Source: Antedon mediterranea (Eukaryota; Animalia; Echinodermata). From it: a stretch of 64,000 nt of DNA. This document shows, one piece after another, positions 1 to 11,721 of this stretch; positions within the stretch are counted from its first letter, which is position 1, and each line of letters starts with the position of its first letter. The position numbers were made by a program, and so were the translations under genes. The notes below the pieces were generated by a model. It was not told the DNA's origin, searched no databases, and worked only from the letters and a program-made list of their open reading frames with translations. The stretch covers positions 27,230,070 to 27,294,069 of the forward strand of contig NC_092671.1 in the NCBI RefSeq assembly GCF_964355755.1. Direction: 5' to 3'.

Positions 1-539
1 GCGGTTTTAAAAAGGGTTTTCATCATAAAAATTAAAGAAAATACAGTGAAACTTTAAGGGGACACCTTCGGGACCCACAAGGTGTCTTTTTATGTGATGT
101 TCAGTTGAATAGTCATGGTTGGTCATAATATTCGTTTTACAGAAAAATGTCCCAATAATAGAGATGTCCCTGAGTATGTAGTGTTCCAAAGAATTGTTTC
201 AGTATATAATATTGAAATGTTATCTAGTTCGTGCTCATTGGAGTAATTACTATACAGTATAACATACTGAAGTACTGTACATGGATAATCCTTGTTACTC
301 GTTATTCTACTTTTTACTCGGCCTATGGAAACGTCCTACAGCGTGGAAGTAAAGATCGGTGTTTTCAGACCTAAGTCTAATAATAACTTTAAAAAGTTAT
401 AATCGATTATTAAGTTGTAACCGTAGGCTTAAATAATTCATGAAAAAAATGTGTAGTTAATCATTTTGTTCATTTCATATGTTTTTGCGATTTAGATGAG
501 CTGATTTTATTTGGTTTTGAAAAGTTTGTCATTGTAATT

Positions 540-609
540 ATGAAGACTACTGTTATGTTTGTTGTCATCTGTATGTTTGTTACTTCTTATGTATTGAGTA
601 GCATAGTTG
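540..609 (+). CDS. C-type lectin/PAN-like gene copy 1, exon 1 (signal peptide MKTTVMFVVICMFVTSYVLSSIV-G)
   Basis: ATG at 540, hydrophobic 23-codon stretch, phase-1 donor G|gtaagt at 609/610; clear paralogue at 26502-26568 (VIICMFVTS). Confidence 0.85.
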
Positions 610-1840
610 GTAAGTATAGGGCAAATGGCATTAATTATTATTTATTGTTATTGCTTAAGGTAATATTGTTTTATCAGTGAGAAAGTCGTTTGGATTAAAA
701 TACAAAATCCGGAAAATTATCTAAAATATTTACGGTAGCTAGTCAGTGGATTATGTTTAAAATAATACTAAATCTAACTAAAAAGACAAACATTTCAGAA
801 AAAAACAAAATCGACAAATAGTCAAGTGATCATAAAATAATATGGTTACATTTTACCAGCTTCTTTTTGTTTTGTATTGAGTTCTTTGTAATTACAGTAT
901 TATCATAATCATCAGTCATCTTCATCATCATCACCTGGAAGAATTGTTTTTGTTTTACATTATTATTATTATTTCTTTTCTCTTCTTCTTCTTTGCTCTT
1001 AAATTCAATATTCCTTCTTGTTCTTTCCTTCAACTTTGCCTTGTACTCTGTCTTATTTCATGTTGTCTATCATTATTGTTTCCTTCAATTATTTTTGTCA
1101 TTTTTGTATACATTTTCTCAACATTGAATCATGACATTGTTAGCCTTGTATTAACTCTTGGGCTTTGAGCTGTAACTTTTTTTTATCAAAGGCCATAAAG
1201 CTTGGTTTCCATCAGAGACACAACGCAAGGACGTAAGCGCAACGTAAGTGATTTGATTATTCGAAGATTCTCGCTTGTCATAGGTCCATTCACTTGCGTT
1301 CCGCCAACGAACTTGTATTGCGTCAATAGGGAGCTTTCGCACGAGAACATAAACGTTAACTTTAACGCTATTTCAGAATTACACAAAGCTTTCACGTGCA
1401 TCGAGTTCTTAGTTCTGACCAAAGGGTCGAAACACAAAACTATTCATTATGAAGACTGGTCGTTTAAGTTGCAGCCGTATTTTGAAAATAAGGAGATGAT
1501 GCATGTTGATCTCGGGAGTGGGGGAGGATTGAGTATTTTTGAGTTTATAAAATAAAGTTAGAGTTCAACCAAATTTGTTTATTCGTACTGTTTTATTAAT
1601 TTGCTATGAGTTGCTGATCGGAAACGTTGGGGTGGGTTACTATTTGCAGGTGCCTAATTTAGGATTAGTAATACTAACCTACTACTCTAATAGTAACCCC
1701 TTCTAATAGTAATTAACACTAAAAAACTATCAAAGAATAATAACCCAGTGTTACAATTAGAAGATTTAAGGTATGTAAATGAGTAGAATGTTTATGATAA
1801 GCCTGATACAGTAATGGTATTATTATTATTATTCTTAAAG

Positions 1841-2101
1841 GGCCTGTTTGTCAGGATGTGTGGTATCCGTTTGGTCGCCGTTGCTATAGATTCTTTAATG
1901 AGAAGCTGAACTGGATGGATTCACTAGAAGAATGCAATAGACATTCAGCAACGCTAGTTACGGTTAATACCGACACCGTTAGTACGTTTATGAGTGAACT
2001 GGAAGGAAGAAAAGATGGATTTATTTGGATTGGATATAACGATTTAGAAGTTGAAAAAATGTGGAAGTGGACATCTGGAGCTAAGGATAACAATTTTAAT
2101 A
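1841..2101 (+). CDS. C-type lectin copy 1, exon 2 (N-terminal half of CTLD)
   Basis: ag acceptor at 1839-1840; translates GPVCQDVWYPFGRRCYRFF...W..S...C...LVTVN...FIWIGYND...WKW, the canonical CTLD motifs; phase-1 gt donor at 2102. Confidence 0.92.
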
Positions 2102-2705
2102 GTACAGTATTAAACAATTTAAACATTTTACAGCACCTAAATAAACAAGCTTACATGATAAAATTATTGATTTATGTTATATGTATACTTTTTAACGGAA
2201 TTTAGGTTATGTTAAATGAGACATGATGATTGGACCAGTAGCTCTATTTTTCACGATTTTTCTACCTTAGCCCCAAGCATAGTGCGACTGAGTAATTTCC
2301 GGGGATCTTGCACACTACTTTTCAAAATGTTTGTAAGTCAGCCCCAACCATGGAGAGACTGCTGAGGTGCGGGAGACATATATTTTGTTAAGATTGTTTT
2401 TTTCTTTGTAACCCCTCGGTCCCTATTATGCGGCTGGTAACAACGGTAGGAAAGGATTGGTGGAACATCCCCGCCCCAGATAGCAACCAGCCTACGCCTC
2501 TGGGCCGTTCTGAAGCGAGTATAACCTAAGAGATCGGGATTTGTAACGGTCAATAATGTCCTTGGGGCTTTTTGTACATAACTATATGACCCGTATTTAC
2601 CATATTGCACCTGCAAGACGTTCTTATAGAAACTCCCTGATCACCATCGGCCTTTTATACTACTTGTTAAACAAAAAAATGTCCTCATTATGGAGAAATA
2701 CAACA

Positions 2706-2893
2706 GGGTAACCCCTACTCGTCTCGAAAGATGTTCTTTAAAGTGCACACGAGCTAGATGTGTACACTGGACCTACGGTTTAAAGCCCTTATCCGAGAAG
2801 ACTCGTTCTACCACCAGAACCGCCTCGAACCCCTGCCGATGTTATGGCTAGTTAATTATGGTTCCACTGTCTTAACCGCTCGGCCACTCACTC
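2706..2893 (-). mobile_element. tRNA-derived SINE, partial copy
   Basis: Near-identical to 19122-19425 and 36773-37092; minus strand starts with A box TGGCCGAGCGG and B box GGTTCGAG. Confidence 0.85.
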
Positions 2894-3027
2894 ATCTGTT
2901 ACCGTTACCACGCGTCTGTATAAATTGGCCTTTATGATGAACAGTGCCTCAACGGCCTCTATAATGAACAAAACATCCATTGATGGACAAAAAGGACATT
3001 TTTTAAATATGTTTAGTTCAATTACAG

Positions 3028-3189
3028 TGTGGTATTCTAGTCAGCCAAACGATTACGATGGATACGTAAATGGTACCCATCAAAATTCAGCAGACTGCGC
3101 AGCCATGGTCTATAAATCTTCTTCCAATACATGGCGGTGGAAGGATGATAACTGCTTGATGAAAATTCACAATTATATTTGTGAGAAAG
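3028..3189 (+). CDS. C-type lectin copy 1, exon 3 (C-terminal half of CTLD, QPN...WKD...C...ICEK)
   Basis: ttacag acceptor; joins exon 2 in frame as MWYSSQPNDYDG...ADCAAM...WRWKDDNC...YICEK; donor G|gtaggc at 3189/3190. Confidence 0.92.
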
Positions 3190-3805
3190 GTAGGCCTACA
3201 ATTACTACAAATAAATGTTTTATTATTATTTTTGTGTTTTAATAATTTAAAGAAATCGGAGTTTTACAAATGCATAACTGCAAAAAATACCATTAAAATA
3301 ATTATACCTAATTGGTGCGGCGGCGGGCAAGACGTTTCTTAGCCATGTTTTAAAAAAAAATCCCAGTCTGAGGAAGAAATCATGAATACATAATCATTTT
3401 CTGTGAGAATTTGAATACCTACTTCCTAAGAGAGAGGACCTGACTATAACTGAACTAGCCCTCTAAATAATCTTTCTCAATATAATGCCTACTTCTGGGC
3501 GTCTGAAAGATTACATAAGGCATAAATTAGGACATAGAGGGCACGTTGACAATAATTTACGCCACAACTAATCTCATGAATTATTCATTTCATCTTTAGA
3601 CGTTCAGAAATAAAAATGTCGTCTCTGGTCGGCGCCTACTTGCAGTTCTTTTCTCTTTTAAGAAAAAAAAAAGGACTTACAATGGGAATGTGTGTGTGTT
3701 TTGTGTGACCTTTGGGTGAATTGTGACTTCCATTTTTTGTAAGTGAATTTAAAATTCGATCACATGTTATACCGATTGCTTTCAATTTAAACTTTTTAAA
3801 TTTCG

Positions 3806-4086
3806 ACAGACACCTTTACACAACGAACCAAGTTTATGGACAGAGAAGTGGTCCAGCCTGCTTAAATAAAAGTGAATTAGCTGATCTAACACTGAGTAGT
3901 GCGTTTCTTCGCAGTGAAATTCAATGCTTTCGTTTTTGCGTTTTGGTCAAAACATGCAACGCGTTCCAGATTGAGAGTTCATCAAAAAACGCAATGAAAT
4001 GCGACGCACTCAGTTGGGAAGGAGAGCATGCACAATATGAATTCAGACAAGATGGTTGCAGGATTTTTGTTGTCGAGTATGTTTAA
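3806..4086 (+). CDS. C-type lectin copy 1, exon 4 (PAN/Apple-like Cys-rich module; canonical acceptor damaged)
   Basis: Open frame HLYTTNQVYGQRSGPACLNKSEL...SEIQCFRFCVLVKTCNAFQI...MKCDAL...DGCRIFVVEYV* (TAA 4084-4086), collinear with copy 2 exon 4; preceded by tttcg where copy 2 has ttcag. Confidence 0.75.
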
Positions 4087-4811
4087 AATGGTCCAGTTAT
4101 TTGCGTTGATTTACCTTGACTTTTGAACTATAAACCAGTTGGTTTGCAAATCCTTCCTCGCTGTATGTTTCGAATTTCAAATGATGGTTTTTCCTATGAT
4201 TCTCAAGATACGTTTAAAATTGTTTATTGAAAATCATTAACAATTTAGTTACTGCTGAGGTGAAAAACTTTGTACTGGTTGGTTTTGAATCACACTTTTT
4301 AAATCTTGAAATGTCCTCGTGTTATTGAAGGAGGTGTAAATTAAAAAACAAAACCGGGATTTACATTATCATTTCCATGTACCATTCTGAACACAGCATG
4401 ACCTCTTCCTACGATACTACAGTGACGGAAGTTTCATACATTTCAAACGATCATTGTATGGTTTAATGGTTCTTCTCTAAAAGAACCATTCACCGAAATA
4501 CTGCTGGAAGCCAGGCTATACAGTACTTGGAATACTTTTTGAAAACGTGCACTGTTGTAGGCGTTGATCATGAAACATCAATCAATCAACCACCATTATG
4601 TAGAGGAAAAGAATATAATCGGCAATATATTATAACTGAATGATTGTTTTCGAAAAATTGTTAATCCTTTTTATATGAATTGTCCCTTAAATTCTGGTTT
4701 AGATGTCAGGTTCATCCACTATTTTTCACGATTACACATTTTACTGAGTGAATTTAGAGAATGGAAAAGTTGAGAATTTGATTATTTTTAAATGCTAAGT
4801 TGTACAGTTTG

Positions 4812-5680
4812 AATACAGATACAGATACAGATAACTTTTATTGTCCAAATAAACTGGAAATTGCATTTGCTCACTTATCACATAAAAATATCGTATAAAA
4901 ATATCGTATAAAAATAAAGTATAAAATGTAGAATAACAATATAAAAAATACACAATGATTAAAAAAGTACATCATAAAATTACAGCTCAAAAATATTTAA
5001 GTTAAAAATACAGATCATTACAAAACGGTTTAAAAAGTGTCTTATATTTCATTATTAATTATTATATTATATTATTTATTATTGTTATCAAAATTATTGT
5101 AGTTACCTCTTAAAGTCATCGTTAAATTTTTTAATCCCAGCTGGGAGAAACAAATTTGAGTATCGACCCGTCCGCGCCAACACCGGCCTCAGTCTACCAC
5201 TTCTACCAATGTGGCAGCGAAGAAGATCCGAATGAAGGGGGTGGCTTTCCTCCTCCATGACCGCCTGTAAACCATTTTTCAATCGTTCTCCGTAGTGACA
5301 ATCGTAGACTGAGTCCGCTGTCAGCGCCGACGAGCCAATCACTCTTAATGCCCTTTCTAACACTTTACATATGCGGCCCTTATCTCCTTTGTTTATGTTC
5401 CCACCCCAGCCTAATAGGCAATAATCCCAGATTGAAAAAAATAACAGATGAATAAAACATAGTAAGTATCTCTTCCCTTACCCTAAAAACGTTCATTTTC
5501 CTCAAACAGTACAGTCTAGTATTTAATTTTTTAATTAGTTGATCTACATGCTCTCCCCATGATAAATTATTGTCATACGTTACCCCAAGATACTTATATG
5601 TTTTAACGATTTCTACCTCATGAATAGAAAGGCAATGTTGATATTTTCTTGTATCTTTTGTTGTTGATATAATCATTCAA
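4812..5680 (-). mobile_element. 5'-truncated LINE (CR1/L2-group-like) 3' end with frameshifted RT C-terminus
   Basis: ORFs 5676-5380 (YKYLGVTYDNNLSWGEHV...RLYCLRK) and 5363-5103 (HPLH...SGR...RTGRYSNLFLP); minus-strand AATAAA followed by (ATCTGT)n tail at about 4812-4832. Confidence 0.8.
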
Positions 5681-6691
5681 TTCACCTTTATGTATCGCGC
5701 GACGTGTGTGATATGAATCTCTATTTTTTCGCGTCAATTAATGCCCATTTTGATGTTGTTTGTTGACCTATTTTGTGTGCATATGATGCAACGCAACATG
5801 CGTAATCATTTTTACATCTTAATCCCTCTGCGACAAATTGTAGTTCCTTGAGTTTTTCGCGAAATTAGTACAGTAGTTCGAATTGTTTGTACTTGTGTAG
5901 TGAAAAATGTATCGCGATTTTTTCTCTGCGAAACTTTGGATTCGCGCGAACAAATTCGCCTAGTCGAAAACAGGCTATATTTCTCAATATCTATCTATAT
6001 TTATTGTAATGTGTGTGTAGGTGTGTGATATTAACATGTATCTGTTGCTAGGCAACTGTTGTTAGATTGCCTTGCGTTAGGTTCCCTATAATTCAAATTA
6101 TATTATAATATAACAAACTGCATGTATTATGTATAATATATTATATTTGGATGTACTACTTTAGTGACAGTTTTAAGTTTATTGGTGTATCTAACACATT
6201 TAATAGGTTCTTGTTACTTGTTTGGATATTGATTTATTTTATGATAGTTTAAATGTATTTAAGGGTAAAATTGTTAAATCTCTTTAATGTTGTGATCTTT
6301 GTTTATGTTTTTGTTGCTTATTTGAATACATTTTATAGTTTATTATGTTTAGATTCAAACTGTTAGTGGCGGTTTCATTGCTGTTGGTTGACAACTGAAT
6401 AAAATAAAAAATAAAAAATACATGTATAAATAATAATATTGCACAATTGCTCTGCTAATTTTTCTGGCTATTTTACTTTTTGATCTAGCTTTTTGCTTAT
6501 TATATTTTGTATCTCCACTGAGAAACTATGGGCGGCCATTAGGGCCAAAATAGACAAACGTTGCCGTACGAACAATTCCGCTCCCGTAAGGCAAACTAAT
6601 GGCGTTAAAGACATAATTCCTCGAGTGACAAACAAATATTGCCGTACGGACACACAAACACATTGCCATATGAACAAATTGCCGTATGGTT

Positions 6692-6810
6692 AAATTGGCG
6701 TAAGGACAAACATTGGCGTAAGGACAAAAATTGGCGTAAGGACAAAAATTGCCGAAAGGACAAAATTGCTGAAAGGACAAAAATTGGCGCAAGGACAAAA
6801 ATTGGCGTAC
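6692..6810. repeat. Minisatellite, 18-19 bp unit AAATTGGCGTAAGGACAAA
   Basis: About six degenerate tandem units directly visible. Confidence 0.8.
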
Positions 6811-6943
6811 AGTCTAACTAAATATAAACGTTGAGGGCAGCATAGGCCAGCCGACAATAAGCCAGCCCATTTTTATTTTTTCCAGCCAACAATTTTTACA
6901 TTTTCAGTGTTACTTATGGTTTTTATGGTATTAGAAATTAAAT

Positions 6944-7262
6944 ATTTGTGAGAAAACGGCGGATTGCTCCTGGGAGTCACTTGGTGGGATTATACTGGGG
7001 TACCCTTAGTCGTCCAGTATAAGTTAGAGTAGGACCGCTGTAGTGTTCCCGTTTACTCAGCCTTCATCTTTTAAATCTGAGTGTAACTCAATTACGATTT
7101 TTAATATTATACTGAAATTGGATACTGTATTTGTGAGAAAACGGCGGATTGCTCCTGGGAGTCACTTGGTGGGATTATACTAGGGTACCTCCTTAGTCGT
7201 CCAGTGAAAGTTAGAGTATGACCACTGGTCCCGTTTACTCAGCCCTCATCTTTTAAACTGAA
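6944..7262. repeat. Direct duplication of about 135 bp (spacing about 184 bp)
   Basis: atttgtgagaaaacggcggattgctcctgggagtcac...catcttttaaa at about 6944 and 7129. Confidence 0.8.
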
Positions 7263-8504
7263 CAAGGCCAACACTCATAAGTCTCGTGCTCTCAGAAAAA
7301 AATGAACTTTCAAAAGGGAATGTACTTTAAAACTTTTCTGTACATCAAAACAGTTCAAAAAGTACAGAAAAACGCAAAGTGATACCCGACAGACCGACAG
7401 ACATAGTTAAAACTTGTCTGTACATCAAAACAGTTCAAAAAGTACAGAAAAGCGATAAAACGCATAGTGATACCGGACCGACAGACAGACCGACCGACCG
7501 ACATAGTGAACTATAGAGTCGCGTCCACATGACTAAAAACAGCGCACGCCTTTTCAGCTGGAGGCTGATGAGGTAAATCCAATTGGAATTTCCGTACTTG
7601 GACCCAAAATCACTAGAGAGGCCACTCCAGCAGGTAACATGTGAGCAGTTTGAAGCTTTACCTGAAGAGGTCCTAGACAACTTGCGTAATCTTGGAGAAG
7701 CCCAGACCCTCAGTCAAGGCAGAGCCATGTACAGAGGTGCTGTTGGAGTGGTCTCGAATTACATACTTTCATAACTGCAAGATACACGCCAAATCGAGTA
7801 TCCATGACGATTGCTTTCAATTTATAGACCTAACTTTGATAGCCCCTTATTATTACTTGCAAGTATACCTGCCCAAGGACGGGTTTCAAATGTTATTTAA
7901 AACATTCCCAGTACAATTCTGATCACTTTGATACCGATCATTACCCACATACTCTAGTATCTCCGTAATACTCACCCACCCCTACACTTCCTAACACCAG
8001 GGAGTTGTAATTACAACTCCCTGCACTCGGGTGACTTTTTGAAGTACAGTATATTGTTTAAAACCTTCCCAGGGTTAGGTTTGTTGATACGTATTACACG
8101 TGCACCATTTGTGTGGACGCGTGTATTAGCATTATTTTGTAAAACCCAGCAAACGAAGTTACCTTCTACAAATTCTATCTCGATTTATTTATGTGGTCTG
8201 TATTAAATTTAAAATATGTTTTGTTACAAATATTTAAATTTTGTATCTGTATATGTTTATATGATTCTATATTTAAATTAACTGTTTTTAGTTTTTCTAT
8301 CTAGTTAGGTTTTATATTTACTTTTATATTTAGTCGCGTGGACACTTAAAGACTCTAAAACAAATTACTCAATTAAATGGAAAATTATAAAGAAATGCAA
8401 ACCTTACTCAAATATTAACAAAAGATGTAATTTATGTATATATGAAAAGTATGTTATTATATGTCAACCAGAGCTATGCTCACTGAACCGTAAGAACGAG
8501 TTAG

Positions 8505-11345
8505 TCTCTTGTAAATTCACAATCAGATGACTTAGAAAGGTGTTGGACAAAAGTACAATTTGGAAGTAACTCAGACTTTATATACCATGTTGCAGTGTGT
8601 TACTTCCCATGTGAAGGGTCTGATAAATGCCTAACCGATGAATTGTATACAGCTCTGCTTTCGGAAATTTTTATAATTAAAGGTAATAATGAAGATGCCA
8701 AAATCATTATCCTTGGGGATTTTAATGGTAAAGTAGGTAACACGATTAAAGGGGGAGATCCTATTACTAATTATAATGGTCAAGGGTTGATTGACCTTTG
8801 TAATAATGGTGAATTAACTATGCTTAACGCCTCTGACAAATGTGCTGGTACTTTAACTTGGGTACAAAAGAACCAAGCCAGCATACTAGATTACGCCATT
8901 GTTTCACAAGAAACCTATGAAGTAACAAAAGAATTGTTTATTGATGAATTTGGACTGTATAATTATGGAAGTGATCATAACATGCTTGTAATCACACTAA
9001 TAGAGAATAATATTTGTAAAACCAGTAAGGTGACAAAAACTAACACAAAACATTGGAATATCCCTAAAGATTGGAGTGATTTTAGTAGTTCAATTAACTA
9101 CGACTTTAAAGATTGGGACCCTAGTCGTTTAGATGTGAACGATGCTTGGGTAGAGTGGAAAAACAAAGTTACGCTAGTTGCAGAGAATACAATAGGCTAT
9201 AAGAAAACGAGATCAAACAAAAAGATATGGTTTGATAAAGAAACAAAATATGCTATAAATCAACGTAGACAATCGTGTCGAGCACATAGATTATATTCAA
9301 AAAATAAACATAATATTGATTTTGATATCAATTATTGTAATTCTCTATGGGAAACATACCAAGAGAAGCGGAAATTCTGTAAATCACTTTTTAAACGCAA
9401 AATTATGCAAAAGAAAATATCAAATTGCTCAAAAATTATGGATAAAGGAGGGCCTCAATCTAAGGAATTTTGGAATGAGCTCAAAGGCAAACGACAGAAA
9501 CAAAATGTTGATTCTATCCTAATACCAGGAACTTCAAGATATTCTTCAGACCACGACGATATGAAAAATTCGCTAAAATTACACTTTGGCAATATTGCAA
9601 AATTTAATACAACTAACAGTAACGATATTCTCCACTCTTCCCACGATAATAATAGTAACAGTAATGATATTCATTGTGATCATATTTTAGATAATATAAA
9701 TATTTCATTTGATGATGTCGCTTATGCTATATCAAAGGCAAAAAATAACAAAAGTCCAGGTATTGACTCTATAACAAACGAAATGTTAAAAAACGGAGGT
9801 AATCTAATCACATTATCACTCCAAAAATTGTTTACCAGAATTATACAAACTGAAACTATACCGAATGAATGGAATGAAGGGATAATTATCCCAATATTTA
9901 AAAAAGGAGATCGACGTGATCTCAATAATTATCGAGGTATCACACTTAATTCATGTGTTTCAAAAATCTTTAATCGAATTATTGCATATAATATTTCTCA
10001 ATTTTTAGAAGAAAATGGCATCCTTGGTGAAGTCCAAGGGGGCTTTCGGACAGACAGAAGATGTGAAGACCACATTTTTGTCTTGAAAAGCATTATCGCC
10101 ACAAGGCGTGCTGAGGGTAAAAAAACATTTCTGGCCTTTTTGGACTTTAAAAAAGCCTTTGATTCAGTCTGGCGACAAGGGTTAATTACGGCTGCCAAAA
10201 GAATTGGTATCCGTGGTAAACTCCTTAACTTACTAAGAAATATATACGATGATGTTAAATGCAAAGTTTTGTTCAATGACATAGAATCTGATAAGTTTAG
10301 CATTAATGAAGGAGTGAAACAAGGCTGTTCATTGTCACCAGTTCTTTTTTCTATTTACATTAACGAACTAAATAATCTAATCAAAAGTCATAAACTAGGT
10401 GTTCAAATCTATGACACACAAATAGGTGCACTATTTTTTGCTGATGACGTGGTTTTAATCGGTGACAATGAGTCTGAACTTGTGAAACTACTTAAAGTAG
10501 CAAGTGATTATTCACAAGCATGGAAATTAGAGTTTAATTTTGACAAATCAAATGTGCTGGTCACAGGGCAAAGAGTAAATCCACATAGAACATGGAGCCT
10601 TGGTAATCATTATATCACAGAAATAGAAAGGTATAAATATCTTGGTGTAATAATATCACGTTCATATACAGATTCTGACAATATCAATGAAGTAATCAAA
10701 AAGGGAAATAGGATAATAGCCTATATTACCTCTATTATAAACAATCAGAATGATTTCAATAGGGTATACTATGGTGATCTTTTATGGAGAACGATAGGAT
10801 TACCAACAATTAATTACGCCTCTGCAATATGGTTATGTAACTCTAAAGGTTCACTAAATAAGTTAGAAAATTTACAATACCAAATGGCTAGAATTATTTT
10901 GAAGGCACCAAGAAACGTCGCGAAAGCGGCATTGATTGGTGACCTAGGATGGGAGACACTCTACACCATCCAAAATAAATTTAGGATGTCCTATTTTAAC
11001 AGAATTAAAAATATGGATGACCAAAGGTGGCAAAAACTACTATGTAGATCTATAATGGATGTAGAAGATAAGGTGAAATGGAAGTGGATTAACCATATCA
11101 AAGATTTATTATGTAAATTTGATTTAGGAAATAAGTTTAATTTAAATCCGGAAAGTCAATGGTTCAAGAGTTTTACACATGCCAACTCTCTAGAAAATAT
11201 CAAGGAATGGTTAGAAGGTGCAAAAACAAAGTCAACCCTCTCCGAATATTTGAAATATAAACATGAACCTAAAGCAGAGACATACATGTTTGATATGGTG
11301 AATTTTGATTCCATTAGTTTAAAGTTTAAAGCGAGGTCTAACTCT
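8505..11345 (+). mobile_element. Non-LTR retrotransposon (LINE) ORF2: partial AP endonuclease + complete RT, open frame 8505/8595-11408
   Basis: EN motifs IILGDFN, LDY, SDH; RT motifs KSPGIDSI, YRGITL, QGGFR, FLDFKKAFDSV, GVKQGCSLSP, FADD, YKYLG. The N-terminal EN motifs are missing (5' truncated). Confidence 0.95.
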
Positions 11346-11610
11346 AACTCTACTTGTAGACATAGGGAAAAATTCTTACTAAATTGCAGATCCAAACAGT
11401 TTATCTAAAACAATAGGCTATTGTATTCGACTTCCTGATGACTCACTTCTATTAAGCACTATGAGACAACTGTGTCACTTATGTTTTATATTTCACCTGA
11501 AGAGTGCGGCCAGCTACATGCTGGTCGTACGAAACAAATTTGTAGTGATTAAAACAATGAAGTAACCAAGTTTTCTGCTGTTATTTTATTTATTTATATA
11601 TATATATATA
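11346..11610 (+). mobile_element. Penelope-like element (PLE) 3' end, family A
   Basis: Encodes STCRHREKFLL, similar to the GIY-YIG C-terminus SKCRHNKK at 14500-14545; followed by a hammerhead and a (TA)n tail. Confidence 0.7.
11493..11548 (+). ncRNA. Type I hammerhead ribozyme (PLE-type)
   Basis: TCAC-CTGAAGA-[GTGCGGCCAGC/GCTGGTCGTAC 11-bp stem II]-GAAA-palindromic stem III ACAAATTTGT-cleavage GUA-GTGA (stem I). Confidence 0.88.
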
Positions 11611-11721
11611 TCGTTTCAAAAATTAATTAAATAATTTTCAGTGTATCACCGGGCGTTTTGGAATTTATTTCTATGCCTGTTGTGTTTATATCATGGAGTA
11701 AAGAATAATGGTTTATATATA

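Noticed and set aside
830-1555. Short ORFs in lectin intron 1, and similar low-complexity ORFs across the window
   Set aside because: Simple-repeat or AT-rich translations and antisense shadows of TE ORFs; bacterial-style start codons are not meaningful here.
11430-11460. Extra hammerhead at CTGATGA 11436
   Set aside because: No stem II followed by GAAA at a suitable distance.
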